Positions 13,156-36,985 of a stretch of DNA of 60,000 nucleotides are shown one piece after another. The stretch covers positions 30,878,001 to 30,938,000 of the forward strand of contig NC_087245.1 of NCBI RefSeq assembly GCF_037042905.1, in the 5' to 3' direction. Each line of letters begins with the position of its first letter. Position 1 is the stretch's first letter. A program made the position numbers and the translations under genes. This DNA comes from Lytechinus pictus (Eukaryota). The notes below the pieces were generated by a model. It had not been told where the DNA came from and searched no databases. It worked only from the letters and a program-made list of their open reading frames with translations.

Positions 13156-13974
13156 CTACAGTTTGGAAAAGTCCTCTCTGGAATGAATGATGATGGGTTG
13201 ACACTTCTCATCCTTCCTTACATAGATTCGGCCATTCTGGGTCCACAAGAACTTGTATCCGGCATCTCGGCGGGCCTTGTTGAGATCTTTCATTAGCTCC
13301 TTAGTGGAAGCGATCAAGTTTTCATTGAGGTAGATCTTGCCATCGCTGTTGTATCCAAGATATTTTGTGCTGAGGGTCTTCAGCTTTCTTCTTCCATCAT
13401 ACATGATGTTCCGAGCACGTCTTGTGGTGAATCGCACGATGATTGGACGGGCTCTGTTATCAGCTTGGCGCTTGGAACCCAGCCGATGAACCACATCGAA
13501 GTCGGATGCTGCAAGCTCTGGGCTGATGTGTTTTGCAATATTGAGTATGATCCTTTCAGGAACCTCTCCCGGTCGTTCTGGTACACCTGCCACCTCCAAG
13601 TTGACTCTCCTGTGGTACTGGTCAAGATCGTTAAGCTGGAAGGTCAACTCACTGAACCTCTTCTGAAGACAGATGTTCTGCTCCCTCAGTTCTCTGTTCT
13701 CCTTTTCAATCTTCTCGGCCTTCAACTTCATTTCCTCAAATTTCTCGTTGAGGAACGACAGCGAGTTGACAATGCTACTTTGTCCCTCTCGTACACTGTC
13801 GATCGACTGCTCCAAAACGGTCAGCTTAGCATTCAAGGAATTGGAGAGTTTCCCTAGCTCATCCTTGATTAGTGATAGAAGATAGCTCTCATTCGTCTCT
13901 ACGTCATCACCAGAGTTGTTTTTCGACGACTTTCTCTTCCCAGACATCGTTGACGTCACAATGACAGGAAACAA
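13156..13974 (-). CDS. LINE ORF1 protein (coiled coil + RRM-like + C-terminal domain), 272 aa
   Basis: Heptad coiled coil followed by DQYHRRVNLEVAGVPE, HRLG, RPIIVRF, IYLNENL and YKFLWTQNGRIYVRK, all typical of L1/CR1-type ORF1p. Confidence 0.85.
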   Translation of the reverse strand: MFPVIVTSTMSGKRKSSKNNSGDDVETNESYLLSLIKDELGKLSNSLNAKLTVLEQSIDSVREGQSSIVNSLSFLNEKFEEMKLKAEKIEKENRELREQNICLQKRFSELTFQLNDLDQYHRRVNLEVAGVPERPGEVPERIILNIAKHISPELAASDFDVVHRLGSKRQADNRARPIIVRFTTRRARNIMYDGRRKLKTLSTKYLGYNSDGKIYLNENLIASTKELMKDLNKARRDAGYKFLWTQNGRIYVRKDEKCQPIIIHSREDFSKL

Positions 13975-14484
13975 TTAGAATTACGCGCACAAAGAATGGT
14001 TGCGCAAAGAGATACCAGTGATGCGTTCCATCCAGGCCAGTATGCGTTTAATGATGCGTTGCTAGGCAATGACGCGTAAATGAAGTTATTTTTAGAAGTT
14101 TATTGACACTTTCCTCTCCAAAATGATAGAAATTTCAAGCAAAAATCGTTCGATAATATCCAAATAAATTATCCAATTGAAAAATGAGTATATCCTTGAT
14201 ATCCGCTATCCAGTTTCTGATACAACCATATAAATCGTTTTCACAAAATGTCAGAAAACACGGCAAAATTGCACAAAATGTCAGAGCACTTTTAAAACAC
14301 GTCTGACCTCTCCAAAAATTCTTTACCTATAATATTTGGCAGTTAATCTTATTTAGCAGTTTTGGTTGAAAAAATAAGCGAAACTTTAAAATTTCTCATT
14401 TTACATCCGATTTTGATGAAGTGTTCAGTGTTATTCTAGTATTATTTTCCTCTATTCAAATCAATGTTTCTTTTTTTTGGGGGG

Positions 14485-14968
14485 TATGGTAGTGGATCGT
14501 ATTACCGAACACTTTTCATGAATTCAATCATATCAAACACATTATTCTCATAAAATCCACCAAACTTTTAACATAAATAAACAATTACCTACAAAATATA
14601 AATATGTGAAAATTTTGCCGAAATCGTTTTTCCTTTATACGATATTAGCTTCTAATCAGACCCCTATTCACACGTGAAATATTTTGGTCACTTGAAAAAG
14701 GTATCGTATTACCGAACGTGTGTTTTCTATGGGAAAAGTTGAGAAAACAACAAAAACACTTATGAGCTATTTTGAACATATTTTATTAATATTGTTAGAA
14801 TATTAACACTTTGAAAATGTGTTTTTGACAATTTTTCATCCATTTCTATTTAAGTTCTCTTTGGAAGGATGTTGCAAAATTTAGAGCGTATGAATTTATT
14901 TTCTGATGCGTATGATGCGTGCGTTCGGTAATACAAGGCCGGTCGGTAATACAATCACTCATTATACT
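14485..14968. mobile_element. MITE with GTATTACCGA subterminal inverted motifs
   Basis: ATCGTATTACCGAAC at about 14496 and 14703; inverted CGGTAATACAA at about 14926 and 14944. Ends approximate. Confidence 0.5.
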
Positions 14969-15025
14969 GTAAATTGAGGGATTCACTTGTGAGGTTTTTT
15001 TTTTAAACTCACTCGGTAGGATGGG

Positions 15026-15463
15026 TAGCCAGGTGGCTTCTTGAGAGTAAAAATCATTTACTAACGTAGGCTTACTCTAAACGAAGCCAGGGAGTCCTCC
15101 CTATTCATCTACGCGACGCTCGCGTCCGTAACGTTGGGGAAGTACAATAAGAAACAAGATGGCGGCGTAAACATCGGGCAAGTCTCTTCCGTCTTTTCAC
15201 AATATTTTTTTCATTTTTTTGATGAATTCTTGTTTTAAAAATAACAACGAGAGCGTAGAAATGTCTGAAATGAAGTTTTATCCCATGTACATCATGATTT
15301 AGAATTAGAGCTAGATCTTTTAGTTTTAGAAGTAGAAATCTCGGGGGCGAAAGTTTCAGGGTTTTTTGCGGTACACGCAGATGAATAGGGAGGACTCCCT
15401 GGCTTCGTTTAGAGTAAGCCTACGTTAGTAAATGATTTTTACTCTCAAGAAGCCGCCTGGCTA
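15026..15463. mobile_element. hAT-like MITE with 85-bp TIRs
   Basis: TIRs 15026-15110 and 15379-15463 with 1 mismatch, TAG...CTA termini, 8-bp TSD AGGATGGG (15018-15025, 15464-15471). Confidence 0.9.
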
Positions 15464-16673
15464 AGGATGGGGGGGGGGGGTCAGGTGTCCGGACACTTTG
15501 TTTTTGAAGCCTTCTTTTTTGTCTTTGGATTACACTAAAAATATGAATTCAATAGTTGTAATCATCTTCTATTTTGTTCTTTATACTATTTCCTAACATT
15601 TTGTACCAAAAATTGATGAAACTTCGCTTGTTTGCCTTGTAAATTTTTCAAATGACTTTCTAAAATTGATCGTCCGGACACACAACTGGGTATACATTAA
15701 ACCAGCACACATTTTGAGACCTTACCATTGCAACACTTGAGCTCGCTAGACACAGAGAAACTCTCAGAATAGGCAGATTATGTAAAAGGACACTGATGTG
15801 TGGGGTCTACACGAGAAGAGAAGATACTCTAGTGTAGCTCTGCATGGACCGACCTCCCGTAACAAGTCGGCGATCGGGACGTTCCTGGCCTGAGGCTGAG
15901 CTGAGCAGCACGTCTCAGTCTGATCTCAGCTCCGTTGTTGGCGTTTAGCCGTTGTCTCAGAAAAAGCGCCTGTAGGAGAGGTTTATCATCTTCCTCTGGT
16001 TTCCATGAATTGTTTTAAAAGTCAATATCCTTGTTTGATGTTGAAGCTAACAATGATAAATGAATTAATTACTCGCAACAGTAATTAACAGGCAAAACTT
16101 GGATGGTTTTGTTCGATGATACACCGGTGCTCTCGCCGTCCTCGCCGAGCCGTGTCAGGTGACCGTTGTTTATTTATCTACCGCCAGCTTTCGACAGAAG
16201 ACAGAGAATGTGCGATATCAAAATGTTTGATATTCGGGCTGAAAATCATTTCTAATTAAAAATAGAGTGAAATTCACCGATCAAAATTCTGAAATTTCAT
16301 CAAAATCTGATTAAAAGTAACGAATTTATTGAATCTTAAAGTATAGCAATATTTTTGTTTAATACAGCAATGGAAATCGTCATGAATATTCATTAGGTGG
16401 GCTGACGATGTTACATTCCCATTTTACTTTTCTATGTTATAGTATTACATGAAATCATAATTATTTCATATTTTCATACATGTGTATGATAATATCCTCC
16501 GTATCATAAAATAAGTTGCAGCAATAGATATCTCATGCAGTAAATCAGTTTCCTCGAATTTGATTTGTTCTTGGATGACAAAGTTTGAAGAAACATAAAG
16601 TGAAGGCAGCTACAAGATATTGTCAGAAAAGATATGAGTAAAAAAAACTGAATGTTTCTAAATCACCAGGACC

Positions 16674-16971
16674 CACTAGCGTACCTACGGGGGGCAGGGG
16701 GCAATCTGCCCCCCTGACTAGCCACAACCCATGCAAAGACCTTTTTTTCCCCTGACGAGCCTGAAGACCTTTATTGCCCCCCTTACGAGCTTGAAGACCT
16801 TTTTTTTTTTTTTTTTTTTTTTTTTTTGCCTGTCAATTTTTTTTCCTGGTACAAAAACCTTTATTTGTGATTGAAGACCTTTTTTTTTTTTTTTTTGCTT
16901 GTCAAATTTTTTGGTGGACGGTTTTGCCCCCCCCCCCCCCCTGTGGAAAATCCTAGGTACGCCACGTACTG
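16674..16971. mobile_element. hAT-like MITE (CACTAGCGTACC / GGTACGCCAC type)
   Basis: Imperfect TIRs, flanking CCAGGACC / CCAGGTCC near-TSD, internal GAAGACCTTTT repeats. Coordinates approximate. Confidence 0.55.
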
Positions 16972-17754
16972 CCAGGTCCGGACGGGTTACATCCACGTGT
17001 TTTGCTTGAACTGGCATCTGTTCTTGCAAAACCTTTGAGTATTATCTACTTGAACTCAATTGCATCAGGCGTAGTCCCAAGTGGAAGAAAGCCAATGTTA
17101 TTATAGTGCAGTGTTCAAGAAGGGAGATCGTAAACTCCCGTCTTTCTTTATCTGTTCCAGTCATATTATTTTCAGCCCGGAATACCCCTGTAACTATGAT
17201 AATGGGGTTCAACGAAACAACACATATTAATATACGCGATGTGTCATTTACAATTTGTATCTTGCCATTTTTCCATTTACCGTGCTTATACTTTCAAACT
17301 AAAAAGCAAGGATAGTAGAAGGTTATAATCATTTTAGATATATGGTTTTGTAAAAGAACAGAAACGATTTACAATACTATTTATCATTATATTATTATTT
17401 CAGAATAAATTCTCCAATATTTCAACTTTAAATTTAGGTAATTAACACTGGTAAATTAAAATTGTTCTTAAAGTATATAACATTATCTTATTTTAGTTAA
17501 ACAATACCTGCTTAGATCATAATGCATTTTTACTAGGTTGGATATAATTATAAGGGTGAGAAGGATGGCTGAGAACATTATAGGTCAATGGCATCAATTC
17601 AACTTTTTACTTGAAATTTTTACATTCAGTATATGCCTATATCACTGATAAAAAACTACTACAAATTGATGTAGGCCATTTTATGCCATTTTCCTTTTTT
17701 CTTTGTTTAATAATTTTATTTTGTCATGACGGTTAAACATTTACTTTCGCATAT

Positions 17755-20700
17755 GGGCATTTTCACGGTAACTGACATTACACGGCACAATGTTTTCACA
17801 CCTTTCATTGTGTGTATCTCTAAAACAACAAATGATGGGAGTTTGCTTTTGATAGAGTTAATAAAGTGAACCTTGCTGTATACTCTGATACTAAGTTTTC
17901 CTATGTAACCACATTTTTTTACGCATCAGCAAGCAAAAATGTGTTGGTAACTGACATTACGCAAAAGGACATGCAATTTCAGGGTGTTCATTAAATTGAA
18001 ATATCTCATGTCCCTGAGTAGATAGAGTAATAATTTGAATATGTAAATATACCTCCGTTACTAGGTTAAGATGTGTCAAAATATTAAACAATTCGTTTTT
18101 GTCTTTTGGGGGCTATGATAGTTTTTCCACAACCATGCTGGTAACTGACATTACGGTAACTGACATTACACTTATTTTGCCATAGAGATAACACATGGAA
18201 GTCAAATGTGTGGAATCATTGCATTGTATCTTCTGTGCAGGGCTTCACATGAAAGTGAGCTTGATGTGGAAGTATACCCGAGTTTCTAGGAACATTTCAA
18301 TTAAAAAACTTTTTCTTTTCCTTAATTCCTTTCTTTGATTTGAACATTTTTATCATTACTTGTCGGTAACTGACAGTACACATTAACATTTACCAGTGCT
18401 ATATGATTTCAAAAGGCATAATTTTCTTGGTACTTATATGTAAGGCTTTTTAAAATCATAAAAGTTTCATAATACTTCACATTTTTTATCATCAAAATAT
18501 AAGAAATGTATGTTTTACTTACTCGGGGGGGGGGGCGGTGGGGTCATAGCAGCTACATGTTTTCCTATAGTAATTTAATATTGCATTGACTGTACACATG
18601 GATTTTTCTGACTATACACCCATAATATATTCATCAGTTTTATATTGACTTTTTAAACCTTTTCCTTCTCCAACCTCCCCCTCCCCTCAAAAAAGGCAAA
18701 ATGAATAAGGGTCTCCTCCCCTAGGCTACATGTACCCCTCCCCCGAATCTCATGCAGCCATGTAGTTTTATTGATTTCTATTCTGGTCAGTGCAAGCAAT
18801 GCTTGTTCATATCTGTCGGATTTCAATTCTCTTCATAATTTGTTTAATCATTTTCTTTGCTAATTTCTTTTATAAGCTGTCAACAAAAAATAATCTCCAG
18901 CTTCTAAACTGAAACTGAACTATTTGTAAATTTGAAGAAAAAAACCCCACAGTTTTAGTAGATCCATGCAACATTGATCAGAACTGTCAAATTTCACTTT
19001 TCATCTATACTTGTAAACCAAATACAAAATTGTATCACACATCCACACTACTAACAGGTATAAAAACCAGGAATTTACTTTTAGCGAGGCAATGCTCAAA
19101 AGAATCCTAGAAACTAAAAAGGGACCCTGGAAATCCCCTTCATCACAATATTAAGCTTTAAAAATGTTGCAGATTTAGGCAATAGGTTGGGAAAAGTACC
19201 CCCTACCCCCCCCCCCCCCGAAAACCAAACAAAAATTGTCTGATACAAACAATTAGGTACTTGGTAAGTGCATGTACAAAACAATTTCATAGTAATTTTT
19301 TTTGCACGATGGGAATGCAACTTCCTTCATAATTTTATATAGTATTCCTTGTGAACTATACCTTTTAAAAGTCAATTGCAAGCTCCTTCTGGTGTGACTT
19401 TTAAAGTGAAAGACTTAAATAACAAGTATACAATATTTCTTCACCATAAAATTGACCACATATTTGCATTTCAATATTGGTATCCAACGTTTTATCATGG
19501 TAACTGACATTACATCTCGGTAACTGACACATATCGAAAACTTGTATGCAGTGTACCGGACATGTAAAAACATAGCAGACGACGTTTGCAGACCTCGCGA
19601 TCATCGTATGACTAGTGGTGCGGAATGTTCCATTGCGGCTTTATGGGGGAAATAGCATTACAGAGGGATAAAATGTATACACAGATAATGTTTCAGCGTT
19701 GATTCGCAATATTTTGAGTCAATTTTCATGAATTATCGTTCTTTGAACATTAAAACATCATTATACAATGAAAAAAATAAGCAAAACTTAATTTTCAGAC
19801 TTAGCTATGCAGTGGTAAGCTAGGATGCACCCCTCGTATACATAATGGACCCGTCACGAGTGTAGGTTTGCTCTTCGGACATCACTATCACAAAGAAAAT
19901 CTCCTCTGATTTGATGATAAAAGTGCCCTATTTCCTTATTAACCAATCTCCATGGTTCTTTCATGAGTATTTGCCTTACAATGTGCCCTTTATTGTAATC
20001 TGGGCGGAAATTCATGATACCACCACCCACCGATGTGACGACGGAAATAATCCACCCGGGTACTATAAAAATGTCCCCCAAACCCATTATCCCAATACAT
20101 ATTCCTGACTATGGATGGTTTCTAGCGATTTTAATGTAATAAAGTGCCATATTTCCCACCAATTGAATGTAAAAAAAATTATGGTCATCTGATAGAAGAA
20201 GTTGTTACCATTCATTTCAGGGGGGCGGAAATTCTATCTGAATCAACGCTTGTCCTTGATACACATTTGTTTGTGAAAAAAGGGTATAATGCAAGGGAAT
20301 TCTGCGTGTTATAAGGGTGCGCGCGTGCAGCGAGGACCTTCTGTCCGCTAGTTTTCCATATGTACATTTTCCACTTGGTAACTGACATTACATACATTTA
20401 ATGGTACCCTATGGCTTCATTGTTAATTGGTAATCTTTAATTTTGGTGTAGAAGGGAGGGGTGTTACCTAGAGAGGAAATCTACCAAGTTTCATATAATA
20501 TATCCTCTTTTCCAGGAAATGAGAAAAAAGTTCATGTTTTTGGTAATTGACATTACATACCATATCACATACTTCATCAATGTTTTTTTATCAGATGAAT
20601 AAATTACTGGTGTTTCTTTCTGTGGGATTTTAAAAGGTGTTATAATAGCAAGCTAAATCACAGGCAAAAACATCATGATCAAACCTGTTCTTTAAAAATC

Positions 20701-20913
20701 TGTCAAAACAAAATATGTATCAATATACTATTTTCAACACTAATTTGTATCCATACTTTGGCAGCCATTTTGAAATAAAAAATGGCTGCCAGAGTCGGAA
20801 AAAAATGTTGTCTCAGAAACTTCAGGTCTTGTTTTATTACAAAACTTAAAGCATTTGACATGAATATCAACTTCATTTTTTTGCCTCTGTGTCCATCTGT
20901 GGTGAAAATGCCC
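17755..20913. mobile_element. Non-autonomous Sola-like DNA transposon (3159 bp)
   Basis: 12-bp TIR GGGCATTTTCAC (17755-17766, 20902-20913). 4-bp TSD ATAT (17751-17754, 20914-20917). About 9 same-orientation copies of GGTAACTGACATTAC. No long ORF. Confidence 0.82.
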
Positions 20914-21313
20914 ATATGTAGATATTTTAGTATATTTTCTTTTTAATAAGCAAATCTTGCTGATCAAGCAGTTTTCATAACATCCCACCGGGCTATATAA
21001 TCTTGTAATTTTGCTCAGCCCTATATAAGACATAGATTTTTTATTATCTTAGAGAGCAATAAAGTTTATTGCAGCACTAACAGATATTGCAACTATGACC
21101 TTTCTTACTATAAGTGAAGATCAATAATCAATTCAATTCAAATAAACATTATTATTTTCTTGGGAAAGCCCCCATGCCCCTGCTTGTCCCCTCAGTGACA
21201 GGGGTAGGTCAAACCTTCCTCGGCCAATATTATTTTGGACACTTTTTTTTTTCTTTTTGGTATAGTTTGTCGACAATCAGTTTGTCGATATACGTATCAT
21301 TTTGGTCTAATTA

Positions 21314-21554
21314 CACTGCAAAAACTCTGGTGTTGATTTAACACCAGCCCGGAACCTATTATGCCCACACCAGAGAAGTGTTAAACAACACCAGTTTCGT
21401 TTTGGTCTAACACCATATAGGTGTTTATACAACACCAATTAGTATCAAAACAGCATCGGTTTGAATCCAAACTGGTGTTGTTTCAATACTTTTCTGGTGT
21501 GGACATATATAGATTCCGGGCTGGTGTTAAATCAACACCGGGGTTTTTGCAGTG
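21314..21554. mobile_element. Palindromic MITE with CACTG termini and TA flanks
   Basis: CACTGCAAAAACTCTGGTGTTGATTTAACACCAGCCCGGAA ... TTCCGGGCTGGTGTTAAATCAACACCGGGGTTTTTGCAGTG, with TA on both sides. Confidence 0.8.
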
Positions 21555-21635
21555 TACCATTTAGCCTAATTACCAGTTTTAGGCCAATTAGGCTGTATAG
21601 GCCCTACGCATTCCGCACTATCCACTTGGTCTGAA

Positions 21636-21969
21636 ATAATAATAATAATAATGTTAATAATGATGATAATAATAATAATAATGATAATGATAATAATGCT
21701 AATAATAATAATAGGCATTAGTACAGCGCAATCTATGTAGAAACTATATATTCCGAGCTGGCGTATTGTTATTACCCCTGCTTTAGCTCGAGCTGCCTTT
21801 TAGCGCTCGTGCATTCATGGAATTAATCCTGCCGGGTTCCCATTTACCTCACCTGGGTCGAGTGCATGGATACATTTCTTGCTAAAGGAAAACACGCCAT
21901 GGCTAGGATTTGAACCCACGACCCTCTGTTTGAAAGGCGAGAGTCAGAACCACTAGACCACGACGCGCC
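21636..21969 (-). mobile_element. tRNA-derived SINE with (ATT)n tail
   Basis: Minus-strand head GGCGCGTCGTGGTCTAGTGGTTCTGACTCTCGCC...GGTTCAAATCCTAGCC. (AAT)n tract 21636-21713. Confidence 0.75.
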
Positions 21970-23780
21970 ACAACATCAGTTAGTCTATTTTACTGAAATA
22001 ACTGTTTATGAGCCAACTTTAATTGAACAAAGCCAAGCATATAAAGGAATAGACGAAGTCAAAATTATAGACCAACTGGGTATGCATGAGACTAAATGAA
22101 GGCCATATATGCTAGCCAAGTGGTATACTATAAAAAAAAAAAAAAACCGAGAATTAGACCAAATTGATCGTACACCGATTAAATGGGGTTTTGCCAGTAG
22201 ACTAACTGCTTGTATAGACAAAGACAGTAACTACACCAAACCCCATCCAAAACTCTTTAATCTCCAACTGATCCTTACCATTCGCCGATGTGAGAATTCA
22301 CAGGTCATATTGTCTATTTTTAATGGTCACAGCTCATTTTTAAGGAGGTTCGTTGTTCCGAATGTTTGAATACTCCAAATGTGCATTAATAAGAATGTCG
22401 ATTATTCCAAAAATTAAATGAGATTTGATATTCTTAAAGTTCGTTCACCAAAAAACGGAATAAGGGTCGTTAGGCTATTCCGAAGTTTCGATGGTCCGAA
22501 AATTTGAAATTCCTATTCGTATAGGTAGAACGTTCGAACCTTCGAATATCATATCATTTTCGAATTAAAAAACATGCGGATGTAGAATGCCGTAAGTGTT
22601 CAGATTATAACCATCCATCTTAAACGTTTAGACTATAACGAGCATCTTAATCGATAAGGCAAATGTATTTCGAAATAACGATATTCAGCAATACGAACGT
22701 CATCCTTTATTCGAATACTATTTAGACACATTGTCATTTAGTAGCGTTTGAGCAATTTTTGTAATTGATTTTGACCTAATATTCAGTATGTTCAGAAGAT
22801 TAAATCATCTTTTACCATTTTCCCTTCCCTTTCTTTCTTTTTATCTCTATTTTTTTTCTTGGTCATGAAAATTCGTTGGGGTCCACACCTCAACCCCCTC
22901 CTCCATTTACGACAGTAATTGCCATATTGGGGCCATAGTAGCCCCTTTATCATGCGTTCTTCTGAATCAACAACCTTTCTGATATAAGAAGTACACGGTT
23001 ACGGGCCTGACCTTTTTGTCCCAAGAAAGTCCAATAAAATGACGAAATATTACGACCTATAAAGACGAGAGCAAATTTTTATTGATTCAAAGTACGGCAA
23101 ATATGACTAAGCAATAATACTGAATTAAAAATTTGAAGATGAAAACAATGTATCTTGTCATTCCTTATAGGAAAACAAACAGAACAAAATCGAAAACTGT
23201 CGAACGATATTATAGTGATCATGGCGATCGAGACTATATTAGGTCTGGGAACATAATAAACACATTAATATTCATTTTATTGTCTGTGCATTTTTAAAAC
23301 AGATACATGACATTATTCTCTCAATGCACGAATGCAAGAAGGTTGTTGACATACTTTTGTTGGATATAAAACAATCACGTGCTATCTGCAGTTTATCATG
23401 TTTATTGTTTAACCCTAAACATAAAACAGTTTGAATGTCGTGTAATAAATCCATAAATTAAAATCCATCAAAACATTTTGACGAGAGTGAAATCTTCCAC
23501 ATCAAAGGCTGCAATGAAAATGATACTACACATTCTGACAATTGTAGAGAATTCGGGACACTGAACCTAAAACATCGTTGGTAAGTTTTAAGCATATTTT
23601 TTCGATTTGTTTACTTTATAGATTCGTTATTATAATTTATACTCTCCACGACTCTGACTTCAGGAGACATTCAGTGCATATCAAAAAGAAGATGCACATA
23701 TAAACATGAAGGATATGTTGTGACAACTATTTTCTTAAGTCTCCTCTATGAGATGACAAATAAAATTCAAAATTTCCCTC

Positions 23781-24029
23781 CACATAAAAAACTGTGGTGT
23801 TAACCGGTGTACATAGAGGACCACACCAGTTATTTTTCACCGGTGTTTAATAGATTGACAGTGTTAGTTCAACACCTATATAGGTGTTATTACAACACAT
23901 TTGGTTGTTACATTTACACTCTTTGGTGTTATATTCAATCTCTAGGGTGTAATTTTAACACCTCAGGGTGTGGTCCTCCATAGACACCAACTGGTGTCAG
24001 TTTTAACACCACTGGCAGTTTTTACAGTG
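23781..24029. mobile_element. MITE related to the CACTG-terminus family
   Basis: CAC..AAAAACTGTGGTGTT ... AACACCACTGGCAGTTTTTACAGTG with internal ACACC/GGTGT repeats. Confidence 0.55.
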
Positions 24030-24268
24030 TGTTGGAAAGAACAGTGGTATTGTTATTTCAGTGTGCTGACAAAGTGGACTATGTGAAAATATTATCCACA
24101 CTGCTAAAATGCTAGGTCAAGTTTTCGTTCAAATTCCAGTCAAATTCTTTAGTGTTTATAGATACATCAGCAAAATATACCATGTAGCATGTTCAATAGC
24201 TACCTGTCTACACTTTTTTGCAGGAGACTTTGAGAAAAACTTTGAATAATTAATTCGGGAATTACGTC

Positions 24269-35904
<11,636 letters not shown>

Positions 35905-36985
35905 AGTTCACTCAAGTTGGAATTATTCTCATTCCATGAGACTATGCTTGCTCACTTCATGTTTAACCGACGTTGGGTTGTACGCTTCCCATTAAACATG
36001 CATACTATGTTTTCTTTAATCAAGATGTTTGTCTACGTCCAGTTACGACTTCCGCCTAGCCCACACCACTCTTCAATGTAAAGCAAGATATACCCCAGAC
36101 CGTTATACTAAGTTGCGGTTAATGGTAATAAGGTATGAGGGAGGAAATAAGGACAATCGGCCTCAAGGACCATTTGCCTCGTAAGAAGAGCCCATATTTC
36201 ATTTGGATCGTAACTGTAAAAGTCAGCTAGAAAGTCGACCACGATATTTATATCTCGTCTGTCGTTAAGATTTAAAGTTCCTTTGATTTGCGTATCGAGA
36301 GGAAACTACCATGACAACCTGACAACTACGAAACTCGAAGAACTCGGTGTATTGCTCAGAGCAATATCCCTCATTATAAACCATAAAGATATCAACATCG
36401 CTTTCTGAACACTGCTGAAATGGATATCCTTTTAAACGTCCGTCCATGACAAACTGCTCATCTCAGTCTCATGTGTTGAATCATGTGACTTCTGGTGACT
36501 GTTTTATGAAACTTGTTATCGTAATGAAATTGCAATTACAGCTTGTAGCTACTGAAATCATTCATTTCGATAGGCTCATAATAAACTTGTTATAAATTTT
36601 TTTTTTCCTATGTTGCACAAGTCTTTTATGAAAGATGACGCAGTAGAGTCATCCTGATGTCGACCGCAACAATTATGTTTTCACTTTAATAGTGTGCAAA
36701 TTACAGTTTACATGATCAAGAACACATGCAAACAGTTCCCGATGTCAAACAAAATAGTATATTAAAAGAGTTTAATATATGAAGCATATAGTTACAAGAT
36801 ACACTTTATTGTTTTGTGTATGTGTGTTATGCGGGGGTATACTTGTTTGGAAGTTGTGGGATGGTGATAATGTGTGTCCAAGAGTTATATAGAGGATTGA
36901 AAGAGAGACCTAGTGGTACCGGTGTTTCATAGAGCTGTTCGTAAGTTACGAGCAACTTTGCGAACGACTGGCGAGCCTTTCTTAG

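Larger units (their letters stand above)
9311..14313 (-). mobile_element. Full-length non-LTR retrotransposon (CR1/L2 group, Crack/Daphne-like)
   Basis: ORF1 plus APE-RT ORF2 on the minus strand. AATAAA-rich 3' tail near 9311-9330. Stem-loop-like 3' UTR near 9441-9482. 5' end GGAGAGGTCAGACGTGTTTT near 14313. No clear TSD. Confidence 0.85.

Noticed and set aside
12764..13204. 146-aa ORF between LINE ORF1 and ORF2
   Set aside because: AT-rich spacer translation with no recognisable domain. Probably incidental, though not strictly excluded.
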